37,912 bases of DNA, from positions 1 through 37,912 of the forward strand of contig JAVEBF010000057.1 of NCBI GenBank assembly GCA_051941275.1, in the 5' to 3' direction. How positions within the stretch are numbered: the stretch's first letter is position 1; each line of letters begins with the position of its first letter. The notes beneath the pieces were generated by a model. The model saw only the letters and a list, made by a program, of their open reading frames with translations. It was not told where the DNA came from and searched no databases. Source of the stretch: Dirinaria sp. TL-2023a (Eukaryota). Of this stretch, positions 11,526 to 21,476 are shown piece by piece. The position numbers were made by a program, and so were the translations under genes.

Positions 11526-12561
11526 ATGTCCGTCGTTTCGTTGTTAGGCGTGAAGGTGCTGAACAATCCGGCCGCCTTTGGCGACCCATATCAGTTCGAG
11601 ATCACCTTTGAGTGCTTGGAGCCTTTGGCAAAAGGTTAACCCAACCAACCGACGATTGGGTACCAAAAAGCTGACAGAAAGCACGTAGACTTAGAATGGA
11701 AACTCACTTATGTCGGCTCCGCTACCTCGTCAGCTGCGGCCCAATCCACCCTGATCGAGCAGCTTTCTGACTAGGAAATAGATCTGAGCATGACCAAGAA
11801 CTCGACTCGCTCCTTGTAGGGCCTATCCCAGTCGGTGTCAACAAATTCATCTTCGAAGCCGACCCGCCCGATCTAAAGCGCATCCCTACGTCTGAGATTC
11901 TGGGCGTCACTGTGATCCTCCTTACTTGCAGTTACGACAACCGAGAATTCGTCCGAGTCGGCTACTATGTGAACAATGAGTACGATTCCGAAGAGCTGAA
12001 CGCGGAGCCCCCTTCCAAGCCGATCATTGAACGCGTCCGTCGCAACGTTCTGGCCGAGAAACCAAGGGTGACGCGTTTCGCTATCAAATGGTATTGGCTG
12101 CTTCGGATGTGCCTATGGAAATTCTATAATGCTGACCAATTTGTAGGGACACTGAAGAGTCTGCGCCAGCAGAATACCCGCCTGAGCAGCCGGAGGCAGA
12201 CGTCGCTGCAGACGATGGCACGGCTTACGGTGCCGAGGAAGTGGAGCTAGAGGAAGGACTCAAGAAGGAACTTGCCGAGGTCGAGAACGAGGACGAGGAG
12301 ATGGGCGGCGCCGAAAGTACAGCCGGCCCGGCAGCCACTGCCGAGAGCAAAGACGAGGATGAAGAGTCTGATGCTGGCAGCGAAGATTTGGAGGCCGAGA
12401 GTAGCGGCAGCGAGGATGAAGAAGAAGAGATTGAGGAGGGCGAAGGAGATGGGGACGAAGATATGGAGATGGCGGATGGTGACGACAAGGCCACTAATGC
12501 CAATGGCCACAATCCAGAGGCTGTCCACCAGCAGCCGCAAGGAGAAGTCATGGTGCACTGA
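11526..12561 (+). CDS. ASF1: Histone H3/H4 chaperone ASF1. Exons 11526-11634, 11689-11728, 11782-12090, 12147-12561
   Basis: [90 protein letters not shown] and an acidic C-terminal tail. Confidence 0.98.
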
Positions 12562-13216
12562 ATTAGGTACACGCCTGTGAGGCGCGGTGTGGGCGCAGGC
12601 TTTGGAGATTACCCAGGCGTTCTGGAGTAGCTCCTTCGACTTTACGTGTCAAGTATGTCAGAGGGTTCGTTCCTTGGGGCCATTATTTGACACGCAAGTA
12701 TGGTTCATTACAGTCTTTCGAATCAGAATCTAAGGCTTGGATTGCCATACTGCTTCAACTCTACACATGAGATCCCATATGTGAGACACGTGAACATTGC
12801 AGCAGCCTCAGTATCACCGAAGCTTACAAGCTCATTGGATCCTCTATTCCATAATCTCACAATCTCGTTCATCTTCGACGGCATAACCATGCTGAGAAAG
12901 TGGGCTGACCCAGGTTGGTACCTTACCTAAGATGTCTGTGAATAACAAAAGAGCAGTCACAGCTTGTTTGTGTGCTTCCATACATACCTTAGAGCCTTCG
13001 CCCCCTACTGACCTCATCGATTATGAATCGCCTTTGTTCCAAGCCCTTGCATTGCCCACCTGGATATATAACCACACCAAAGCTTTTCTATTCAACCTCC
13101 AAGAAGGTCATCAAGCTCACCAATAATCTTTCCAATGCACCTAGCACTAACAAAAACTTTCCTCACATACTACAACAAAATCATCCTCGAATCTCGCTGC
13201 GCGAATCCTCCTCGAA

Positions 13217-13719
13217 ATGGTATTTTTCACAGCGCCATGCAAAACGACGCCTCCACGTAAAGCGACGACTTGTACCTGCTCTCACGAAGTCTCCCTCGCC
13301 CAACCCGCTCCGCCGGGATCTCTTCAGCCTCTCGCAGCGCGCTTAGACTTCCCATGCCGCGCGTGCGAGCATGCCGCCTTCCTCTCCGCTCCAAACCACG
13401 CCACCAAAAGTCACGAGGCGGCTCACTGGAAGAGTCATGTGCGTCGTCTTCAGTTCATGAGACAATTGATCGAGAAAAATGATCATGTCGTGGCCCATGA
13501 GAGAGACGAAGTTGTACGGCAGAGGTGAGAAAGAATCTGGGCAAGGGAAAATGAATCCTTGATAAAAAGACAGAGGCCATGGACGACGATTGGTTTGAGA
13601 GAATGGACAAACGTTGGGAGGCCTTTGAGAAGCGGTGGGGGAAATTTGCGACGGTGCCGGGGACGACAGAGCTTGATGAGGAGAAGGAGTGGCGGTTGTT
13701 ACCCACTTGTAAGGTCTAG
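13217..13719 (+). CDS. Small uncharacterised Cys/His-motif protein, paralog A. Needs an intron at ~13514-13569, otherwise it is a frameshifted pseudogene
   Basis: ORF 13217-13528 contains CTCSH...FPCRAC. A different frame (13579-13719) encodes WEAFEKRWG, matching paralog B's WEQFEERWG. Donor GTACGG (13514) with acceptor AAG (13569) joins the two in frame. TATA-like TATATAA at 13064. Confidence 0.55.
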
Positions 13720-14451
13720 GTAGTTAGGCAGTCGAGGTGTTGCACGGTTGTTGGTGACTTGGTGAGGTCAACATTAGAGGTAGCTTCCTTACTTGTAGCA
13801 TTTAGACTTGCTTCCTGCCAGATAGTTTCTAGACTTTGAATCAACCAACTCACTTCACGCTCATCATCCAAGGCTTGGTGGGATATTTGCCGTCGCGATT
13901 GGAGAAACTCAGCATAATGTACCTAGATACATGGCTTCGGCTGACAGAGTAGCAATCTCGTAGACAAAGTCCTGTGCTGAGAAGCTGAGAAAGTAATGAC
14001 ATGAGGAGCTTGCATTTACCTGGTCCATGACCAACTACACTATTTCCAGCGTACCATTCAATTTTATTAGAATATAGAATTCAATATTTCATGATTTCAG
14101 AATCTCATTCATCTTTGACGCCAAGGTCATGTCGGGGAAGGAGCGTACCTTAGGTTTTGTCTTTGTCATGGACACAACTTCATTGTGTGCTTCCACGTAG
14201 CGTAGACAAATAAGCTCCGGTCAAGCAATGAACAAAGAACCCTCATTCCTCTCCTGATCTCGAGAATATGAATCCCCATTGTTTGGAGCCCCCTGCATAT
14301 CCCGTCTTGGTATTTAGAGAACGACGAAGCACCCACTTACCAAAAATTCGTTATTATCACCAACAAGCTTCTCACCAACTCAGCGCCAAACAAAATTTCA
14401 CTATACAATACCGTGCTCGATGCTTGCTGGGCAAGCCCTATCAATTCTACA

Positions 14452-14841
14452 ATGCCAAACCAAAAATTCAGCTGCGGCCACGCTATCTCCCGCTCCTGCC
14501 CCTGTCCGCCGGAGGTCTCCTATCCTCCTCCACCGGTGCTCCTGTTCCCCTGCCGCTCGTGCGCTCTTACGGTATGCCGCTCCGCGGCAAAAGACATCAG
14601 AGCGCAGTTTGATCCGCAAATCGAAGACTATACCTGGAGGGTGAGAGAAGCGGGAAGGAGAATGGAGGAAGAAGGCTGGGACAAGTATATGCAGCAAGCG
14701 TTTAACGTAGCAAATCAGAGGAGAGAGAGTTTCGAGAAAGAGAAAGCGAAGAGCTTGAATGAGTGTTGGGAGCAATTTGAAGAGCGGTGGGGGTTGGGAA
14801 GGGGGAATGGGAAGAAATGGCGGGATGAAGAGTACTCTTGA
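14452..14841 (+). CDS. Small uncharacterised Cys/His-motif protein, paralog B (129 aa)
   Basis: Good start context (ACA ATG). Motifs FSCGH..SCPC..FPCRSC followed by a charged helical region and WEQFEERWG, shared with paralog A. Confidence 0.7.
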   Translation: MPNQKFSCGHAISRSCPCPPEVSYPPPPVLLFPCRSCALTVCRSAAKDIRAQFDPQIEDYTWRVREAGRRMEEEGWDKYMQQAFNVANQRRESFEKEKAKSLNECWEQFEERWGLGRGNGKKWRDEEYS

Positions 14842-14945
14842 GAGGAATGCTCTTCTTCGTTCTTGTTTCTATTGAAGTAGAAGAGAAGCTTCTGCGGGCG
14901 GATTAATATTGCAGGAAATATTCTTGCGCTGATAGAGTAGTGAAG
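14785..14945 (+). repeat. Degenerate direct repeat, copy 1 (3' end and 3'UTR of paralog B)
   Basis: Collinear blocks shared with 21223-21382, including an exact GAATGGGAAGAAATG (14805-14819). Confidence 0.8.
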
Positions 14946-15806
14946 TCAGCAGACAGGTATGGATATGTTGTCCCAAAAGGCACGAAACGCGGTGACTGTG
15001 ATTGTTGCTGTGAGCGAGACTGCGAGTTTCCATATCCCAAAAATGCTGTAGCCATCATCAAAACAAAGAATTGGACTCCCTTGACTGTCCTCGTACCCAT
15101 AAAATGATGTCTAGTCTGTGCCCGCCCTTGGAAAACCTTTCTACCAAGGGTTACCTTAAGATTTATAAATGCGATAGGGTAAGGGCACTTCCAACACTGA
15201 TAGAATATCTGTAGGCATGTAACTTAACCTACGGCCGTGTCTGAAAACTTGCCTCGAGCCATGCTATGGATGTTGACTACGCATGTACAGTTCTCTTGAT
15301 GCTGGAGAAGATGTTTGCTCAATAACCCTGTAACAACCCTAATAGTCTGTGCGGGCCAGCTTGGCGGGTATGAGTACAAATATCGTTTTGCGGGTACAAT
15401 TGAGAGCGCCCCCATATCCAGAAACAGATTCCAGATTGATGGGCGTGATCGGGAGAATTGCTCAAGTGCAAAGCTCATATAGGCTTTAAAATATTCATCT
15501 CCGCATATAGACATCTCAATGTTCTCACAGCAAAGATCAACAACTAGAATGACGCTCCAAAGATGAAAAGATACCTTAAGTTGCTAACTCCATTTCTAGT
15601 GTATGATCGAAAACAGACTTTGAACCGCCATTCTCAACACCACTCGCATCTAATACCCACCAGTCATAATAATTCGAGTGCGAATCTATGTTCCATACGT
15701 CGTCGTGTTCTCACTACATCCATAATCCAATTTCGCCTCCTCTTCCCTCCCGATTCCCTCCTACTGAGCATTCTCACCTCTCTGTGCGCATCCACCTCCG
15801 CTCCCC

Positions 15807-16547
15807 TTAGCAGTTGCAAAATTCTGACTGCGGATCAATCCCATAAGCCGCCGAGTTGCCGGCATACACGTACAACCCTCCCTGCGTATCCGCATTCTTG
15901 CCCTTACAATTCGTATTCGTCGCATTCAACGCCGCAAAACACGCCTGTGAATTCGCATATGCGGTGGCAGTCCCATCAAATTGCGCCGTCCAAAGCACAA
16001 ACATGGCCTTTCCTTGCTCATTCACCAGCGCCTTCCCCCCCGGAGTACCATCCACCGTGGTCTGGTTCCAAGTCTGGGGTCGGCCGTTTTCGGTACTGTT
16101 GTATACGAAGTGCGAGCATGCTTGTGTGATATTGGCTGCGACAAAGGGATACCATGTCCCGTCCGTCATGCACTGAACTGTGTCTCCCGTGGACGAAACT
16201 TCACCCGAGCAGCTCCCGGATGAGCAGCCGGAATTCTGGCGGACTGCCCCGGAACTGTAGTAGCTACCAGAGGAAGCGTATATAGGGATGAGGTAGGTGC
16301 TCGAAGAGGAACTGCCGCTAGTGCCGCCGGAGGAGGAGCCACCGCTGCCTTCGTCTGAGCCTCTGCTGCTACCACCACTACCGCTGCTGTGGCCTCCACC
16401 ACCACCATGACCACCACCACCACCACCATCCCTACCGCCGCGTCGTGCTTCGAGGATGGCTGGGGAAGCGGTGGTGAGGGAGAAGAGATAGGTGCAGAGG
16501 ACGGCGAGGCCGAGGGTGGTGCGAGTTGAGGAAATAGCGGAGAGCAT
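15807..16547 (-). CDS. Secreted Gly/Ser-rich protein with a Cys-rich C-terminal domain (effector-like, possibly Y3 glycan-binding-like), 246 aa
   Basis: The ATG at 16547 (AAA ATG) begins a hydrophobic signal peptide (LGLAVLCTYLFSLTTA-SPA). It is followed by a Kex2-like LEARR site, a Gly/Ser linker, and a domain with several Cys and NxT/S sequons ending CFAALNATNTNC..DTQGG..YGIDPQSEFCNC. Confidence 0.8.
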   Translation of the reverse strand: MLSAISSTRTTLGLAVLCTYLFSLTTASPAILEARRGGRDGGGGGGHGGGGGHSSGSGGSSRGSDEGSGGSSSGGTSGSSSSSTYLIPIYASSGSYYSSGAVRQNSGCSSGSCSGEVSSTGDTVQCMTDGTWYPFVAANITQACSHFVYNSTENGRPQTWNQTTVDGTPGGKALVNEQGKAMFVLWTAQFDGTATAYANSQACFAALNATNTNCKGKNADTQGGLYVYAGNSAAYGIDPQSEFCNC

Positions 16548-17407
16548 TTTGAGAGGAGCGAGGGGGTCTGGGTTGAAATTGGAGAATGAGGTTTTTGTGA
16601 ATTGGAACAGAGCAGCTTGAGACAAAGGAGAGTCTGAGAGAGAGCGTGAGTGAAACTTGTGATTCTGTTGAATCTGAGTTGAGAAAAGTAAACTTGAGAG
16701 TTTGCGTTCAATACTTATACTGGGTAAACCATCATGCTGAGAGTTGATGTTTGTACAGCCTTCATTCAAGGGTTTTTGGCGAGCCGTTGCCATGAATAAC
16801 TTGCGGCGACCGTTGCTTGATGTTCTAAGTGTGAGAACTGCAAGCGATACCCGCTCCGTTTCTTAATCATAGACAGTTCGAATTAGAGAAAGATGTTGAG
16901 TTAAATGTTAAGGCGCAGTCCGGTGCTACCGAGAAGTTTCATCCTTGATCAAACATACGGTGAATTTGTAGAGGTATCGTTTCGTAGGCCAGAGGTGTAG
17001 TCTTCAACAGCGCCGTCTGCTATCGCCGCTTCAATAGCAAATTTATGCAAAAAGCTTCCAACAGCGTCTATCCTAGACCTTGTCTATCATTTCACCCAGG
17101 AGGCGTATTTCGTACAATTACCACTTGCCTATGCAGGAACCCGTTCCATCCCATAAAAAGCCACGGTGCCAAAAGTCGGCAACGCAGAGGACTGAGGAGT
17201 AAAACTGTAAAAGTCTGCCTAAGCCTCATTTCGAAGCTTTTTCTCCATAGGCGACCCGCCTGGGCAGAGTGGCGCAGTTCCCGGTCTGGGCTAAGCCTTA
17301 GCATGGTATCAGCAGGCAAAGGTGAAAGGAGGCGTTTAGCGTAGGGGCGCTGGATCAACAATATGAAACGATGTCCAATATTCGACGGACGCTAATATGC
17401 CCGAAGT

Positions 17408-18630
17408 GTTGAGCCGTTTCTAAACACGTTCAAAGTTCAAGATGTGAGTTTCGAAGTCATCTCCACAGCTTTTGAAGCTTTTGAAACTTCTCTCCGATCG
17501 CACAGGTCTTAAGCTTTATTCTGGGAGTGTTGTCTCTCCAGAGCTTAAGGCAACGAGCAGACTTTGAAGCCTGGCGTTACCAAAGAATGATAACTTGAGC
17601 AGTGCTCGCGCTATGCTGTCCAATGTCATGCGGACGTACCAAGTAAAGTCAATGGAAGCAGTGTACTCCAACCATATAATCATCCGCGACACACTTGGGA
17701 AAAGCTGTAAGCTGTCCTCTTACGGCGCGGAGCTTTCACTTATCTTCTAGACCGCGAACGACGCAGCAATGCGAAACTTCAGATCACAAGCCAACTTCTG
17801 CCACTATTTGTCCTCCGTCCGAATGAACGAAGTTCACAATGCGGACGATGATGAGAATGCTTTATAAAGCTCTCCACAAAAATTCATATTTCAACATTGT
17901 ATGGCCGCGGCTGGAATTATGCATCGCAGGACTCACTTGCCAGTCGGTTCATCGGGGTAAGCGGCCTAAAACACTGCTCGAATACAGTTCAAGAGCTTTA
18001 GCCGCGTTACGAATTTCCCATGAACTCGCTCAATCGAACGAGCAAAAGAATCCTGAGAATCAATCGCTGAAGCTAAAGCCTAATGTGGAGTGACTTATCA
18101 AGCCCTTGTTCTCCCAGCTCGATGCTTTAAAAGTGCCACATGGTACCCCAAAGCAGCCGTCATCTCGCGCTAGTCAAGGAGAGGTGGCAGAAGCCGAACT
18201 TTTGAAGAGTACCAGAGGTCTATGCGAACGAGTTCACCGACCTGAGCTATTGTTCCTGATGAAAACATTGGAAGGCGAGATGATGAAATTCGAGAAAATT
18301 CTTACCTATGACTTCCTGGAGATGCATCTTTCCTGACGAGACTTAGCTCGCGAGCTACGACAAAGATCTCGAACCATGCTTCTCGCACGTCTTAGTGAAT
18401 GGGCCTATGAAAAGGCTCGATTGCCTCTGATAGCCGGCTATATTCTCGTTGTGGCGGCTGTGAGCAGCAACAACAACAAATCGAGGAATAGCGGGCCAAG
18501 CCAAGACTCCATCCAGAGAGCGGCTGCTGCTCTGATGAAGGATCATATTCAATGCGACCTGGTCTGGCCTACATACGATATGTTTGTTTCCAGCACATCA
18601 AATGTAGGGATAGATATTATCATGCTTTGA
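17408..18630 (+). pseudogene. Disrupted gene relic; the C-terminal part is reminiscent of fungal DUF6604-type proteins
   Basis: ORFs 17839-18093, 18106-18336 and 18376-18630 share one frame and are separated only by single TGA codons. Upstream are an intron-like GTAAGC...TTCTAG (17707-17750) and further broken frames. The family resemblance (YDFLEMH.S*R.L.R.L, EKARLPLIAGYIL..AA) is from memory. The 5' boundary is approximate. Confidence 0.5.
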
Positions 18631-19543
18631 TGTTCCGCGGTGTTGTTTGAGTTCTTCTCGCTTGATGCCAACATTATGTAATCAGTGTGTATCAACCTTT
18701 CACCAAATCTGAGCATACTCAGGTCGTGACACACTTCAAAATATATCAATTCGATATTTGAAAACAGTGACAGACCTTTTAGCCTACGAAGTGGGTAATA
18801 ATGTAAAGTATGTACGAGTACCTTACTTTACTGTATCTAATCTTATCTTAGTGCTTCGATGTCTGCGTCAGACAGATAACTAAAGCTACATTATCCAAAC
18901 TCTAAACCTCAAGTGGCCCAAGTGACTTCAGGGACAGGATTTGATCTTCTTTCTTCTTGTCCTGCCCGTAGATGCTTCTTAGACCCATGCGTATCGTGAG
19001 CAGAGCGCATAGTCTGTATGAATAAGCCAGCATCTATATACAAGATGCTTCTGGCGTTAAAGGATCGCGCTGAGTGGCTTCGGTAGCATGCAGACACCAA
19101 GGAGTTGGTCGACCTTAGTCGAGACTGTCTAACCCATCACAGCCAATCCTGAATAAGCTCGCAGCTGTGCTTTATTAATCTGCTCCTGCAGCTCCCCTGA
19201 GCTCCCAAATTTGCTGACCAACTGGCTACCAGTTGCAGAATGGACGCGGTGGCAGGCACCAAACAGCCTTCGACGCGCGAGTACAAGGAGCATTATAGCT
19301 CCCTCATACCTTCCGTTGTTGGAAGTGTTGCATGCTAGGTGTTGTTGCATGCATGTTTTGTGTTGTTCGTTTCAGGCACCTCCCCACACTATTTAAACCA
19401 TAGATGAGCACCCACTTTCTTTGTGTTAGCAATTTATGCATGCAAAGTCAGTTTCCAGTATCCGTTTCCTCGATTTTCATCTTCTTCACTGACAGCGTGA
19501 ACATACAAGCAACCTCTAGAGCTATCACTCAGCTCCAGTAATC

Positions 19544-20770
19544 ATGGCAGTCCACGATATTGTTGTCGTCGGTGGTAGCTTCGCAGGCCTGAGCACAGCA
19601 CACTACCTGTTGCGCCACACCATCCCCAAACTCGAATCCAGTAATAACTCGGGCCAAACCTACAAGCTCACCTTGATCTCCACGACCGATCACTTCTTCT
19701 TCAAAGTCGGGTCGCCCCGTACTGTTGCAAGCCCGAACCTCATACCAGCCGAAAAGGTCCTTCTCCCGATTGCAGATGCCTTCAAGAGCTATCCCGCAGA
19801 CCATTTCAAGCTTGTCATAGGCACTGCGACTGGCTTGGATGCGAGTGAGAAGACGGTCTCGGTCAGGAGCGCAGATGGACCATCATCGTCAGTCCCTTAC
19901 GCGACACTTGTCATCGCGACCGGGTCACGCACATCGTCCCCATTATGGACGCTTCAGGACAGGTCTGAGCAAACGGATGCCGAGCTCAAGAAAATCCACG
20001 CAGCGCTGCAAAAGGCGAGCACAGTCCTTGTAGCAGGCGGAGGTCCTGCTGGGGTCGAGACAGCAGGTATAGGGTCATTTCACACCATTTGCATTCCTAC
20101 CGTAGCTTAACATCTGCATACAGGCGAGATCGCTTTTGCATATCCTAAGATCGAGACCACCATACTCAGCGGTAGCACTCGTCTGCTCACCCGCCTTCGA
20201 ACAGCCATCGGCGTCGCCGCCGAATCCCAGCTTTCCAAACTCAACGTCACCACGAAGCATGACCTGAGAGTTGTGTCCCAACATCCCGAAGAGGGTGAAG
20301 AAAAGACCGTCGTCAACCTCTCCGACGGCAACACCATGACCGTCGACGTCTACATCGACGCTACGGGACCAACCCCGAACTCTTCCTGGCTACCAAAGAA
20401 CTGGCTCACCGAAAAGGGCCAAGTCCAAACCGACCTCGCGACCCTCCGCACACCCACGCCAGGCGTCTACGCCATCGGCGACGTCGCATCCTACAGCAAG
20501 GGGGTTCTATTCGACGTCAACGACGCCGTCCGCCCGCTTTGCTCCTCGATCCTGCAAGACCTGTCCCCCGAGTCCAAGAAGCCCAAGCAAATCCCCTACA
20601 AGCAACTGCAGAAGGAGATGCAGGTGGTGCCGATCGGTCAAAAGGCCGGCGTAGGTGTAGTAATGGGGTGGAAGGTGCCGAGCTGGTTCGTGTGGATGGT
20701 CAAGGGCCGGACGTATTTCATCGAGAAGGCCATGGGGACTTTGCAAGGGGCGGACTTTGTGAAGGCTTAA
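19544..20770 (+). CDS. AIF/AMID (FSP1)-like FAD-dependent pyridine nucleotide-disulfide oxidoreductase. Exons 19544-20066, 20124-20770
   Basis: FAD motif IVVVGGSFAG, YATLVIATGS, NAD(P)H motif VAGGGPAGVETAGEI restored across the intron, VYAIGDVA, and a C-terminal PSWFVWMVKGRTY. Confidence 0.92.
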
Positions 20771-21222
20771 AATCCATGACTTTCGAGAACCAGTGGTAAG
20801 TTCCAGGATAGGGCGAGACTGGAGTCATACATATTCGTGGTGTACTGTAGTTGACGTTTACTTCTCGATACGATACCCCGCCCTGCATATCATCCTTCCT
20901 GCTCTGCTCTGGTTTATGTAGCTGTTCGAAGACAGCATTTAATAAATAATAATAACTTTTCATTGATAGCTAAGGGGGCTGGTACCGGTGCCCACCAGGC
21001 CGAGCCAAGTACTGCATCATTTACCTTCCCAAAAGGCGCCGCGAGGCCGATCCCCATTTCATATGCCATGCCATGCAGGCTCGGGTTTTAGATCCTTTCA
21101 TCATCCATGATTCTACCTAGCCAGGGCACTCGAAGACACGCCACTTTGATCATATATAGATCTTGTAAGATATTATTATATTCGCCTCCTGATAAAGAAG
21201 TAGGGTAGATACTATATCAAAA

Positions 21223-21382
21223 CGGTGGAGAATGGGGAGAATGGGAAGAAATGCGCGGGATGAAACCGTTACTCTGGATTTGAGAAGGGATGTTCTTGTA
21301 GTAGAATGGAGAAGCCTCCGCTAGCTGGTGGAATTGATGATATCGCAGGAAAATACTTCTTCCGCTGATACAAAGTAATGAG
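21223..21382 (+). repeat. Degenerate direct repeat, copy 2 (relic of the paralog B 3' end)
   Basis: CGGTGG, GAATGGGAAGAAATG (21239-21253), GCGGGATGAA, TACTCT, GTTCTTGT, AGTAGAA, GAGAAGC, GCAGGAAA and TTCTTnCGCTGATA occur in the same order as in 14785-14945. Confidence 0.8.
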
Positions 21383-21476
21383 TTTTAGGAGCGTGCATTT
21401 AATCCATTGTTTATCCCATTGCAGCACTTGTTTCGACCTCAAAGGCGCGGTATCATTATTCGAAGTTTTTTTGCCT

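Noticed and set aside
12225..12580. Several overlapping ORFs at the ASF1 3' end
   Set aside because: Alternative-frame shadows of the GAG/GAT-rich acidic tail.
15125..15150. Small inverted repeat CCCTTGG...CCAAGGG
   Set aside because: A 7-bp stem is expected by chance; no target-site duplication or second copy supports a MITE.
16548..16793. 82-aa N-terminal extension of the secreted protein given in the ORF track
   Set aside because: The signal peptide starts at the ATG at 16547; the extension looks like a CT-rich 5'UTR and promoter.
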